Shown piece after piece: positions 8,338 through 17,714 of a stretch of 64,000 nt of DNA (positions are counted from its first letter, which is position 1; each line of letters starts with the position of its first letter). The stretch lies in the IMG/VR virus record IMGVR_UViG_3300042542_005523. One strand, given 5' to 3'. The translations under genes and the position numbers were made by a program. The notes beneath the pieces were generated by a model. That model was not told the origin of the DNA and ran no database searches. It worked only from the letters and a program-made list of their open reading frames with translations. This stretch comes from a virus. Its lineage: Duplodnaviria; Caudoviricetes.

Positions 8338-9759
8338 ATGTTAAATCCAAGAATAAAAGACTTCAGAAGTTGGAAATCCCTAAACGAGGGATATTCCTTT
8401 AATTTCGATCCCAATGCTAGCTACCCAGATCCAGATTTCGGTCTTCAGAGTGGCAGTATAGATAGTGGAAAGGTAAACTATGGGGGTGACGGTAATAACT
8501 GGGGTGGCTCCATGGAAAGAGCCCTAGCATTTGCTAAGATAGCAAATGACTTCTCGGGGAAGAATATAATATCGTCTCAGAAAAGATCCAGGGTTAAAAC
8601 AGCTAAAGGAACTGTCTCAGATCACTACCAGGGTAAGAGTGATGCTTATGCTGTTGACCTAAGCTGTACAGGAACTAAGGGTGATCAATTACTAGCTCAT
8701 CTAATGAGCTGGTTCGGTTATCCAAGCTACACAGGCGGATATTGGCTGAATGTTAACAAGGGCGGATATAGATATCAGTTTGGCTGGAAGGTAAAGGATC
8801 ACTTCGATCACATTCATATAGGTGTTAAAAAGACGAGATCCAAAGACACGCCAACAAACAGTTCGGAGGTTGTTAACCCATATCCCGGCAAATCAACAGA
8901 AATGCAGGACGGAACTGTTGTTTATAAAGAGGAGAGAGGCGATCCATACGAGTATAAATTGATAGATGGCATATGGTGGACTAAAGGTCCAAGAATCCCG
9001 GAGTGGAAATCACTGGAGGACAATAAAGAGGCCAACGATATACTAGATTCTAGGTATGGGGTGAGGACAGAAGAGCAGATCAGAAAGAATAACGAGTTCT
9101 ATAAAAGAGATCCTGAGAAATATGGTATTTTAGGTGGTCTTTTTAATAAGGAAAAAAGAGAAAATTATATTCCAGGAAAGGATTCCACAATAAGTGTTCC
9201 TAAGAATATAAACGGACCAGTTTCAGTCTTGGTTTTTTATCCCGGTATAAAAGTAAACGGGCAAACGGGTAAATCTTATATGCCTCCTCTTATAAAAGAG
9301 GCAGTTCCGGATTGGTATGACAAATATGTTATAGTTATCCCAAATGAACACACAACAAAGTGGAAGGATGTTATTAGCGATGTGTCAGACGCTCTATTGG
9401 ATAACAATATGTTTAGTAAAAGCACATCGATAGGCATATTCTCAGGAAGCGGAAACAACAGGAGTTCTGGTGTTGTTGATGAGCTGATTGATATAAATCC
9501 AGAAAATCTGCTGCTAATGGATCCCACACCAGGGTCTGATTTAACTGAAGCTGTTGAAAGACTAGGCAGCAAGACACAAACTCTAATGATGTACAATCCA
9601 TCTGCTTGGACTGGCTATAAATGGTATCCTAAGTCAATAGAGAAGCTAAAAGACGCAGTTACTGCAGTCGGTGTGTGTGAAAAGACATCCACCCCACATA
9701 TGGAGATACCTGTTGAATTTCTTAAAAAATTCAGGACCCAGATAGAGAAGAACATATGA
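8338..9759 (+). CDS. Multidomain protein: M15-like Zn peptidase, small shared module, alpha/beta-hydrolase-like C-terminus
   Basis: SDHYQG...AYAVDLS...HFDHIHIG (H-x7-D...HxH); C-terminal VLVFYPG/GIFSGSG/LLLMDP. Confidence 0.55.
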   Translation: MLNPRIKDFRSWKSLNEGYSFNFDPNASYPDPDFGLQSGSIDSGKVNYGGDGNNWGGSMERALAFAKIANDFSGKNIISSQKRSRVKTAKGTVSDHYQGKSDAYAVDLSCTGTKGDQLLAHLMSWFGYPSYTGGYWLNVNKGGYRYQFGWKVKDHFDHIHIGVKKTRSKDTPTNSSEVVNPYPGKSTEMQDGTVVYKEERGDPYEYKLIDGIWWTKGPRIPEWKSLEDNKEANDILDSRYGVRTEEQIRKNNEFYKRDPEKYGILGGLFNKEKRENYIPGKDSTISVPKNINGPVSVLVFYPGIKVNGQTGKSYMPPLIKEAVPDWYDKYVIVIPNEHTTKWKDVISDVSDALLDNNMFSKSTSIGIFSGSGNNRSSGVVDELIDINPENLLLMDPTPGSDLTEAVERLGSKTQTLMMYNPSAWTGYKWYPKSIEKLKDAVTAVGVCEKTSTPHMEIPVEFLKKFRTQIEKNI

Positions 9760-10685
9760 TGCACATAAAGGGATTCCACCAACTTTTTGAGGACTCCGGA
9801 AAGCTTACACAGGAGCAGATAACCTGGCTTGATGAGTGCACTCAGGGGAATTGGACCCTTAATGAAGAGACAGGCGAGGTTGATATAAAGGGAGATTTTA
9901 ATTGTCAAGGGCAGGACTTATCTGACTTTAAGGGAGTAATATTCGGCTATGTGACTGGTAGTTTCAACTGTTCCTTTAATGAACTAACATCACTGGAGGG
10001 AGCACCCTATAGAGTAAATTCTTATTTCGACTGTAAGAAAAACCGGCTCACCTCATTGGAAGGTCTTCCCGAGGGGTTTCAAGTTGGTGGTTTTAGTTGC
10101 CGCCATAACTGGATAACCACACTCAAGGGTGCTCCACAGGAGGTGTTCCTGAACTTTGATTGTGCTGGCAATGATCTGAGATCTTTAGAATATGCTCCAC
10201 AGAAGGTTCAATCTTTTAACTGCCACGGAAATGAGCTCACCTCTCTAAAGGGAGCACCACAGAGCATGAGCGGTAATTTCACATGCTTCAGCAATAGGTT
10301 AACCTCTTTAGAGGGTGCACCTAAAAAAGTGGGCGGTGAATTCGATTGCTTCAATAACAAGCTAACCTCATTAAAGGGAGCACCGCAGGAAATTGGCTGG
10401 GATTTCAATTGCTCTGATAATGATATCTCGTCTCTAGAGGGAGCACCACTAAGTATAGGGGGTGATATTGATTCAGGTGGTAACGTGATCTCTGAAGAGA
10501 TCATGGAGTTTGTTCTTTCTAAAATTGGAAAGGAAGGAGCTAGTCTAGGGCAGGCCGTGAGCAAATGCTGGGAATCTATGAGTGAAGAAGATAGAATTTA
10601 TCTAGCTAAAGACAACCCAGATCTGTCACCAGAGGAAAGAAGAGGCTACGAGGCACTGAGCAGGTACAAGACAAGAGTCATATAG
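9756..10685 (+). CDS. LRR-like repeat protein, paralog 5 (8 repeats)
   Basis: Same N-cap, repeats and C-cap as 2058-5288. Confidence 0.9.
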   Translation: MMHIKGFHQLFEDSGKLTQEQITWLDECTQGNWTLNEETGEVDIKGDFNCQGQDLSDFKGVIFGYVTGSFNCSFNELTSLEGAPYRVNSYFDCKKNRLTSLEGLPEGFQVGGFSCRHNWITTLKGAPQEVFLNFDCAGNDLRSLEYAPQKVQSFNCHGNELTSLKGAPQSMSGNFTCFSNRLTSLEGAPKKVGGEFDCFNNKLTSLKGAPQEIGWDFNCSDNDISSLEGAPLSIGGDIDSGGNVISEEIMEFVLSKIGKEGASLGQAVSKCWESMSEEDRIYLAKDNPDLSPEERRGYEALSRYKTRVI

Positions 10686-10721
10686 TGTTTAAGTAAGCAC
10701 AGAAATATAATTGGGTGATAA

Positions 10722-10907
10722 TTAAATAACCCTTCTGTTGTGTCTAGCTTTCACTAGATAAAGATTGACCATATCCTCTATGTCCTCATTTGTTATGACA
10801 TCAGGGTCCATGTGAAAAATTATCCTATAGGGATTTCTTGAAAATCTCCACCCGTCAAGATTATCAGAGAATATCTCGGTGGCTAGATCCGTGTATATGT
10901 TCATCAT
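10722..10907 (-). CDS. Small hypothetical protein
   Basis: 61 aa, tightly packed after 10911..11156; ends HNRRVI like the LRR paralogs. Confidence 0.5.
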   Translation of the reverse strand: MMNIYTDLATEIFSDNLDGWRFSRNPYRIIFHMDPDVITNEDIEDMVNLYLVKARHNRRVI

Positions 10908-10910
10908 AAC

Positions 10911-11156
10911 CTATAATATGTTATTCGGCAAATGACCACCGTAAGAGTCTACCTTATATTCAATCTCAAAATCATCAGGATCTGTAGCTGTTTCTTCAAC
11001 GACCAAGTTATACTTCCGGAATATTGCCTTGATATCCGCTTCTGCTTTTTCTAGAAGATAGCTTACAGCCTCCTCCAGAGCTATGAAGGACTTATTAGGA
11101 TCTATCTTATAGGTCTCTTCTTTCCCTGCTTCGTCTATTCTTCTAATGTACTTCAT
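10911..11156 (-). CDS. Small hypothetical protein with capsid-targeting-like N-terminus
   Basis: MKYIRRIDE. Confidence 0.7.
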   Translation of the reverse strand: MKYIRRIDEAGKEETYKIDPNKSFIALEEAVSYLLEKAEADIKAIFRKYNLVVEETATDPDDFEIEYKVDSYGGHLPNNIL

Positions 11157-11157
11157 A

Positions 11158-12105
11158 TTAAAGTATTCTTGATTTTTGTCTCGTTAGAGCTTTAAATATT
11201 TTGAATGTTTCAGGATCTATATCCACTTCCATAGAATCTATTATCCCCGGAACAATATCAGTTCTATAGAAAATAGACTTATCGTTTCCTCTTTCTAAAA
11301 AAAGTCTGGTATAAGCTTCAGGTATCGATATCGATTCAGCCCTTGCTAACTCTGTCATGGCTTTCTCACCCTCCTGAGAGACTGTTCCTGCAATAGCCAT
11401 GTTGTTCTCCATCCCCCTATATTCATTATAGTAATTAGGCCCCAGTCTTTTAAGCTCATTTAGGAAAGCCTGATATTTGTCCTTATATACGTCTAAGATT
11501 TTTTTGACCCCGTAACCGATCAAATTTCTTATGGAAATCCACCAGAGTCTGGGGTATGAAGAATCTGGCTCTTCCTTGTAAAGATTTGCGAAAACAGAAG
11601 CAAATGCCTCGTTAGTACCTACAATACCAAAATTACTGAAAACTTGATCTTTTGATGATTCTCCCCATTCGTTTTCTTTCCATCTATAATCTACGAATCT
11701 AGCATATTCCCTAATAAATCTTCTGATGTCGTCTGTGCTTTTTATTTCTCTCATCTTGAATGTTATGCCCTTAAAGTCTTCAGAATTAAAAAATGCATCC
11801 TCCCCTTCATTCTCAACTTCTCCTAGACCCATTAGATCTTTAGCAAGATTTTTGTTGATATCTTCTTCAGAAATATAATCCAAAAAACCAGGAAATACTG
11901 ACGAGACGTCTGCATTTGTAAGTCCCCCTCCTATCTCTGAATCTATTAGCTTCAGAGCTTGGTGAAAATTCTTTGCAGCAACAAGATAAGAGTCCATAAA
12001 GTCACCATGTACACTTTCTACGTCCAGATTCACCTCCCATAGTTTATATCCACCCGGAGATGCAGATTCAAATAATTTCCATTCAGTAATATACTTCATG
12101 CCCAT
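11158..12105 (-). CDS. Hypothetical protein with capsid-targeting-like N-terminus
   Basis: (MG)MKYITEWKLFES; ends ALTRQKSRIL. Confidence 0.8.
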   Translation of the reverse strand: MGMKYITEWKLFESASPGGYKLWEVNLDVESVHGDFMDSYLVAAKNFHQALKLIDSEIGGGLTNADVSSVFPGFLDYISEEDINKNLAKDLMGLGEVENEGEDAFFNSEDFKGITFKMREIKSTDDIRRFIREYARFVDYRWKENEWGESSKDQVFSNFGIVGTNEAFASVFANLYKEEPDSSYPRLWWISIRNLIGYGVKKILDVYKDKYQAFLNELKRLGPNYYNEYRGMENNMAIAGTVSQEGEKAMTELARAESISIPEAYTRLFLERGNDKSIFYRTDIVPGIIDSMEVDIDPETFKIFKALTRQKSRIL

Positions 12106-12177
12106 ATATATCCGGAGGGGGATTAAAACAGGGTCTTTTCGGGGGATTAACCCCTATATAAAGATATATAGATTCAT

Positions 12178-13074
12178 ATGGCACTAAATAATATATTAAG
12201 CTTCTCTGATTTAATTTTAGAATCCGATGGCACAAATAAAGGATTGAATCGGATAAGAGAACAAATTCTAAATATGCCATTATTCCTTGTAATACTATCA
12301 AGCAGTAATCGAAAAATACTTCCCAAAATTTCAGGGATAAAAAGGGATGCAAATGGCGATTACTATTTAAGATTCGAGGACATGATGAATCTGATAAACA
12401 GCGACGAATTTAAAGACATAATAGAGGAATTATATGGGCCTATCACAGCAGACAAAGGAAAAAATTTATCTGCTGCGGATTACATCTCCCTTAACTTCGA
12501 CGGACAAACTGTTATACCTGTTTCTGATAACGGGCCATATCTTCTAGTTCAAATATCCGGACAGCTTAACGCAGCAAGCAGATATCCAATGGGACACAAA
12601 ATTAAGGTTCGAATTCAGGTATCACCGGACGGGGAAGACTCAAAGTGGAATAAAATAAAAACTGAGGGATTTCACAAATTACGACAGGGCATTGATGGCC
12701 CAAAGTTTTTAGATCCTGAAGTGATCGTAGATTACATATCGGAGGAGTACTTAAAAAATAGGATAAAAAATATTGTTTTCGAATCTAGCAGATACGAGAG
12801 AGACGTAGTGTTAACTTCGAGACAAGGTAGGGATATTCTAGTTAAGGTGCTGGACGGAAAGATTGCATCAGTCGAAAACAACTCAGGTATTCGATTTCCG
12901 TATAACATAGGACAGCACTGGAATAGAAGTATAGAGACATGGGCTTGCACCAATAAATTTAAAATAGACGGTGAGGATCCTTGCCCGGAAGAAAAGATAT
13001 TTGGAATCAGAAAAAAAGACATTCCTATGGGCCACGAGCTTAGAATGATGTATCCTAGCAAATTCAGAAAATAA
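12178..13074 (+). CDS. Hypothetical protein
   Basis: 298 aa, starts MALNNILSFSDLILES after GATATATA. Confidence 0.8.
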   Translation: MALNNILSFSDLILESDGTNKGLNRIREQILNMPLFLVILSSSNRKILPKISGIKRDANGDYYLRFEDMMNLINSDEFKDIIEELYGPITADKGKNLSAADYISLNFDGQTVIPVSDNGPYLLVQISGQLNAASRYPMGHKIKVRIQVSPDGEDSKWNKIKTEGFHKLRQGIDGPKFLDPEVIVDYISEEYLKNRIKNIVFESSRYERDVVLTSRQGRDILVKVLDGKIASVENNSGIRFPYNIGQHWNRSIETWACTNKFKIDGEDPCPEEKIFGIRKKDIPMGHELRMMYPSKFRK

Positions 13075-13082
13075 AAAAAGGA

Positions 13083-13676
13083 ATGAGAAATAGAATATTA
13101 AAATTTTCGGAATTATTTGAGAATTCCAATACATCCGACATACCCGGTGAAATATCTGTTTATGACTTCTGCTCAAAGATAGGATTCCAGAATGAGGATT
13201 GTGGGATTATCTCTGAATGGTGGAGCAGAATGAGACCTAATATAAGACTTCATTATTTTCCGTTTAGGAGTCCACATCCCATAGCTGGAGTTTTTCTTAG
13301 TGGTGATGATGTTGCTATAAATTCTAAACTAAACATGCCAAAAGAGATGAAATTGTTTCTCTCTCTTCACGAGAGCAAGCATGCAGATCAGCATAAGGAG
13401 GGAGATTTTGATGAGGTGTACTTCAAACCTGTACTAGATGGAGACATGGATTCCTTCGTTAGAGGGTACAACGAGACAGAAAGGGAAGCTAACGATTTTG
13501 CAATTGCATGTATGGTAGATCTTGGGTTTGAAAGATTTATAGAAATGCAGGAGAGGAATCTAAGAGGAAATGAATTAGCTGGGAGACAAGTCTATAAGAT
13601 GATGCAAGACGATATAGCCGAGCATAAATCTGATTCTTTTGTGGATCTAATCAGATCCCAGATCCTACCTGATTAA
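13083..13676 (+). CDS. HExxH zinc metallopeptidase-like protein (ImmA/IrrE-like)
   Basis: LSLHESKHADQH...EREANDFA. Confidence 0.6.
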   Translation: MRNRILKFSELFENSNTSDIPGEISVYDFCSKIGFQNEDCGIISEWWSRMRPNIRLHYFPFRSPHPIAGVFLSGDDVAINSKLNMPKEMKLFLSLHESKHADQHKEGDFDEVYFKPVLDGDMDSFVRGYNETEREANDFAIACMVDLGFERFIEMQERNLRGNELAGRQVYKMMQDDIAEHKSDSFVDLIRSQILPD

Positions 13677-13706
13677 AGGAAACAAAACCGATCACTTTCT
13701 CTATTA

Positions 13707-14033
13707 TTGGTGATGAGTAATCAAATTATCACACTAGAATCTGTAGATTTTCATCCAAGAAAACTAAACAGTAGATTTATCGTAAACGATGACGGAAAGG
13801 TGGAGAATCCTCTTGGTATGGATGTCGATAAGGTTGTAATTTTAGAATCAGCCGAATCTGATATATGCATTAAGGGGTCCTGCTATAAGATAATCAGATG
13901 GGATATAAAAGAAGACGTGAGCATAAAGGGATTCCCTGTATTTGATATCATGGAAGCAGGTGAACTTTATGTTGATCTAACGGAGGAAGAAATGAACGAA
14001 TGGCTAATTAAAAAACAACTTCCTGTTTTCTAG
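13707..14033 (+). CDS. Hypothetical protein
   Basis: 108-aa ORF; its last codons (KKQLPVF*) are duplicated at 15814-15837. Confidence 0.7.
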   Translation: MVMSNQIITLESVDFHPRKLNSRFIVNDDGKVENPLGMDVDKVVILESAESDICIKGSCYKIIRWDIKEDVSIKGFPVFDIMEAGELYVDLTEEEMNEWLIKKQLPVF

Positions 14034-14069
14034 TAAGATCTTAGATATAGTATAAATGTACTTTATAAT
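14009..14069 (+). repeat. About 61-bp direct repeat, left copy
   Basis: TAAAAAACAACTTCCTGTTTTCTAGTAAGATCTTAGATAT--AGTATAAATGTACTTTATAAT vs copy at 15813-15875 (3 substitutions, one 2-nt indel). Confidence 0.9.
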
Positions 14070-14089
14070 AGATTAAAAAGGAATAAAGA

Positions 14090-14713
14090 ATGATTAAAAA
14101 GAAAGTAGTAATATCAAGATTTAGTGAGTCCCCCGATTGGGTAAAAAAAATCGATTGTGATTACATTATATTCAATAAAGGTGATAAAATAGAGGATCCT
14201 GAAATATCACCGGAGAAAATAATAAATGTACCAAATCAAGGAAGGGAAGCTGAGACTTTCCTTAGATACATCTGTGAAAATTATTCGGATCTTTCTGATT
14301 TTACTATATTCGTCCAAGGCAATCCATTTGACCATTGGCCAAGAACTTTAGAGTATATTAACAGTGACTCTTTTTTAGATCCAACCGATATAGTTTCTCT
14401 AGGATACGAAACAACAACAGATCGTACGGGTGGGATTTCTTATCCTGGCTTACCAATCGGAGATTTCCAAAAAATGCTAGTGCCTTCTGGTGAACCAGAC
14501 GAAATCCATTTCACAGCGGGTGCTCAATTTATTGTTCCTAAAAAATTAATCATGAACAAATCACTATCTTACTGGAAATCCCTAAGAAATTCTTTTGAGC
14601 ACTATTGGTATAGCAATATACCTTCAGGATACGGTATACCCCCGGGCCATTTTATAGCTCATGTTTTTGAAAGATTATGGCCAATGATTTATAGGTATTC
14701 AGATGATGTATAA
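14090..14713 (+). CDS. DUF3431 family protein (glycosyltransferase-associated)
   Basis: VVISRFSESPDW...PNQGREAETFLRYICENY...FVQGNPFDH. Confidence 0.75.
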   Translation: MIKKKVVISRFSESPDWVKKIDCDYIIFNKGDKIEDPEISPEKIINVPNQGREAETFLRYICENYSDLSDFTIFVQGNPFDHWPRTLEYINSDSFLDPTDIVSLGYETTTDRTGGISYPGLPIGDFQKMLVPSGEPDEIHFTAGAQFIVPKKLIMNKSLSYWKSLRNSFEHYWYSNIPSGYGIPPGHFIAHVFERLWPMIYRYSDDV

Positions 14714-15815
14714 AAAATACGATTATGTTATAGCTGGCTCCGGTCTCTTTGGTGCTGTTTTTGCTAGAGAGATGACCGACCGCGGAAAGACCTGCCTGAT
14801 TATAGAGAAAAGAAATCACATAGGCGGAAATTGTTATACTGAGAATAGGGATGGCATAAATGTTCACGTATATGGACCGCACATTTTTCACACTAATGAT
14901 AAAGATATATGGGATTGGATATCTAGATTTTGTGACTTCCTACCCTATAAGCACTCGCCCAAAGTGAGATATGGCGATAGGACGTTTTCATTTCCCATAA
15001 ATCTAATGACGCTCCACCAACTATGGGGGGTAAATACACCAGAAGAGGCAAAAGAAAGAATCGAAAGGGAGAAAGTAATTTTTGATAATCCAAAAAATCT
15101 AGAGGAATGGGCTCTTTCCCAAATTGGAACAGATTTATACGAAATATTCATAAAAGGATACACCGAGAAACAATGGGGTAGGGATCCAAAGGATCTACCG
15201 GCTTCTATCATAAAAAGACTACCAATACGGACAAACTTTGATGACAACTATTTTTTTGACAAATACCAAGGTATACCAGAGGGGGGATACACTGGGATTT
15301 TCGACAAGATCCTGGATGGTATAGAGGTGATAACGGGAGTTGATTATTTTGAGGATAGAAACAAATGGGATTCATTGGGATCAAAAATCGTTTACACCGG
15401 TAAGATAGATGAATTTTTTAATTATAAATTTGGTGAGCTTGAATATAGGACTCTGGAATTCAAACATCAGAGAATTGACAAGGTTGATTTTCAGGGATGC
15501 CCAATAGTTAATTATACGTCATCTACTATCGAGTGGACTAGAATAACAGAGCACAAGCACTTCGAAAATTCCAAGAGTGAAAAAACTTGGATCACAATGG
15601 AATTCCCTAAAGAGTATAAAAATGGGGACCTTCCACTTTATCCGATTGGTGACGATCAGAACATGGATAGATTTGGGAAGTATAAAAAGATGACAGCGGA
15701 CATGGGTAAATTTATATTTGGAGGAAGACTTGCTGAATATAGGTATTATGATATGCACCAGATCATAGCATCGGCTTTAACTAAAGCTGCGAAAGAATTA
15801 GCTCTTCAATCTTAA
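14703..15815 (+). CDS. glf: UDP-galactopyranose mutase
   Basis: GSGLFG FAD motif, GGNCY, HVYGPHIFHT, YQGIPEGGYT, GGRLAEYRYYDMHQII. Confidence 0.95.
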   Translation: MMYKKYDYVIAGSGLFGAVFAREMTDRGKTCLIIEKRNHIGGNCYTENRDGINVHVYGPHIFHTNDKDIWDWISRFCDFLPYKHSPKVRYGDRTFSFPINLMTLHQLWGVNTPEEAKERIEREKVIFDNPKNLEEWALSQIGTDLYEIFIKGYTEKQWGRDPKDLPASIIKRLPIRTNFDDNYFFDKYQGIPEGGYTGIFDKILDGIEVITGVDYFEDRNKWDSLGSKIVYTGKIDEFFNYKFGELEYRTLEFKHQRIDKVDFQGCPIVNYTSSTIEWTRITEHKHFENSKSEKTWITMEFPKEYKNGDLPLYPIGDDQNMDRFGKYKKMTADMGKFIFGGRLAEYRYYDMHQIIASALTKAAKELALQS

Positions 15816-15875
15816 AAAGCAACTACCTGTTTTCTAGTAAGATCTTAGATATATAGTATAAATATACTTTATAAT
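15813..15875 (+). repeat. About 63-bp direct repeat, right copy
   Basis: Matches 14009-14069 and keeps an intact GATATATAG. Confidence 0.9.
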
Positions 15876-16212
15876 GAATCAGATCTCAAATTTTTTATCA
15901 AAGCTATTCTCTAATGGCGACGAGGTGTCATCTAAAAGATTCAGTGCTTTTTTCACACTTCTGAATATAATTATTTTAGCCTATATTGCTACCATCATGT
16001 CAGAGGATAAGGCAACCCCTGAATTTATGTTCGATGCTTTAGCACTAATAGCAGGCGGTGGACTTGGCCTAACCGTAATAGAGAAGATATTCACCAAGAA
16101 GGATAAAACTGCAGAGGTTACCACCGATAATGCAGAAAAAGACCAAACTAACCAGCTGTGCGCATGTGGATCTAATCCTGGAGAATGTACAAATTGCGCA
16201 CCAAAAAAATAA
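15874..16212 (+). CDS. Two-TM membrane protein (holin-like size and topology)
   Basis: SSKRFSAFF followed by two hydrophobic helices; Cys-containing tail. Confidence 0.55.
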   Translation: MNQISNFLSKLFSNGDEVSSKRFSAFFTLLNIIILAYIATIMSEDKATPEFMFDALALIAGGGLGLTVIEKIFTKKDKTAEVTTDNAEKDQTNQLCACGSNPGECTNCAPKK

Positions 16213-16221
16213 ATAACATAA

Positions 16222-16557
16222 ATGAAAAACATTAAAGCTTACGATGAATTATCGAGTGGCTCATCCGGAATAAATGAATCAATAGATCTTGATAAGGTAC
16301 AAGAGTGTATAGAACTATTAGAAGATGCAAAATCCCAGATGGACGATGCATTAGCAAATCTAAATTCGGTTTATAGAATGTTGCAGGGAACTGAACTTTC
16401 AACTACAGCTGAAAGGCTCAAGGGGTATATCATAGGACATCTAGAGCCAATGATATCTTCAGATCACGGATGGATGACAAGATCAGTTTCTATAGATGAG
16501 ATCATAAAAGACCTTGAGGAGTCTGGATTTGATAATGACTCACTAGAGGAGGAATAA
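16222..16557 (+). CDS. Hypothetical protein with capsid-targeting-like N-terminus
   Basis: MKNIKAYDEL...INES. Confidence 0.75.
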   Translation: MKNIKAYDELSSGSSGINESIDLDKVQECIELLEDAKSQMDDALANLNSVYRMLQGTELSTTAERLKGYIIGHLEPMISSDHGWMTRSVSIDEIIKDLEESGFDNDSLEEE

Positions 16558-16575
16558 TTAAGCTAAGCTAACTTT

Positions 16576-16600
16576 AAAGAGACCCAATGGGTCTTTTTTT
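16576..16600 (+). terminator. Intrinsic terminator
   Basis: AGACCCA-A-TGGGTCT hairpin followed by a T run. Confidence 0.7.
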
Positions 16601-16639
16601 ATATGAAATATTTTTACGTAGTTTGATATAATCTAAACA

Positions 16640-16855
16640 ATGGCAGGAAAAGAAAAGATAACATTAAAAGAGGGCGAGACCTATCTTATAGAGGGTACGC
16701 CCATGATTTACGAATTCACTGAGGCGTCAAAGCACTATTTCCAAAAGATAGACAAGGACGGTAATCCCAAAGGAAGACTTAGAGTTATTATGGGCGATCC
16801 GGATCAAGTTGCATCCATGCTTATTAAGAGAGCAGCTAGATACATTACCCAATAA
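16640..16855 (+). CDS. Small hypothetical protein
   Basis: 71-aa ORF between two terminators. Confidence 0.65.
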   Translation: MAGKEKITLKEGETYLIEGTPMIYEFTEASKHYFQKIDKDGNPKGRLRVIMGDPDQVASMLIKRAARYITQ

Positions 16856-16880
16856 TTTAAAATTATAACCAAGATACACT

Positions 16881-16904
16881 AGTCCCTTCTTTAAGGGACT
16901 TTTT
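16881..16904 (+). terminator. Intrinsic terminator
   Basis: AGTCCCTT-CTTT-AAGGGACT followed by TTTT. Confidence 0.7.
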
Positions 16905-16951
16905 AATTCCGGCAGTACCGATATATAGAAGTAAATACAATCTTACTTAAG

Positions 16952-17713
16952 ATGAAACACTTATTCGAATACGACAAATATGTCATGCCGTCAGCCCCAG
17001 TAAACGAGGGATTTGTAACCGACATATTCCCGGCATTCCTAAAATGGCTAAGAGAGTGGTTTAGCAAAAAAATGAACGATAGAAGTGCGATCTTCCAGCT
17101 CCCAACTGGATTATTACCCCAAGAGATAGAGGGAGACCACATGCTATATGTACCACATCAGCAAGGTGGTAGAGGTGCAGCAAAACTATTTCTAGCAGCA
17201 AAGGGACAGTATAAGTTGGAGGAGAAGGATATCGACAAACTTAAAGCCAACATGCCAGCGTCAGATCCGAATTATAAAATAGTAGTGGATCCTAAGAAAA
17301 CCTCTAAGGAAAGAGCTTTAGCATATTTTAAATACTGGAAAAAGACATGGGAAAATTACAAGAGAGATGCTAAAGCTAATATAGCTAGCCACCCGGAGGT
17401 GCAGAAAGGTATCGCTAAAGTAGATGGTAATCATCCTAAGTTTTTCTCTAATGATTTTCTAACTACAGTTGCTTGGATTGAATCAAGGTTTGACCCAAAA
17501 GCTGGAAAGACCAGGCCATATAAGGGCTTATTCCAGATAGGAAGCGATGCATTTAGTGATCTAAAGAAAACATACAAGAATAGGATCTATTCCAATAGCT
17601 CAGTTATACCTATGGATACTGTAGAAAATCCACAAATGGGAAACGATTACCTTAAATGGGCATATGACAGATTCCAGAATAATTTAGCTGAGCTAGAAAA
17701 AACCAAAGCTTAA
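16952..17713 (+). CDS. Lytic transglycosylase (SLT-like) domain protein
   Basis: VAWIESRFDPKA...YKGLFQIG...NPQMGNDYL catalytic Glu motif. Confidence 0.7.
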   Translation: MKHLFEYDKYVMPSAPVNEGFVTDIFPAFLKWLREWFSKKMNDRSAIFQLPTGLLPQEIEGDHMLYVPHQQGGRGAAKLFLAAKGQYKLEEKDIDKLKANMPASDPNYKIVVDPKKTSKERALAYFKYWKKTWENYKRDAKANIASHPEVQKGIAKVDGNHPKFFSNDFLTTVAWIESRFDPKAGKTRPYKGLFQIGSDAFSDLKKTYKNRIYSNSSVIPMDTVENPQMGNDYLKWAYDRFQNNLAELEKTKA

Positions 17714-17714
17714 A

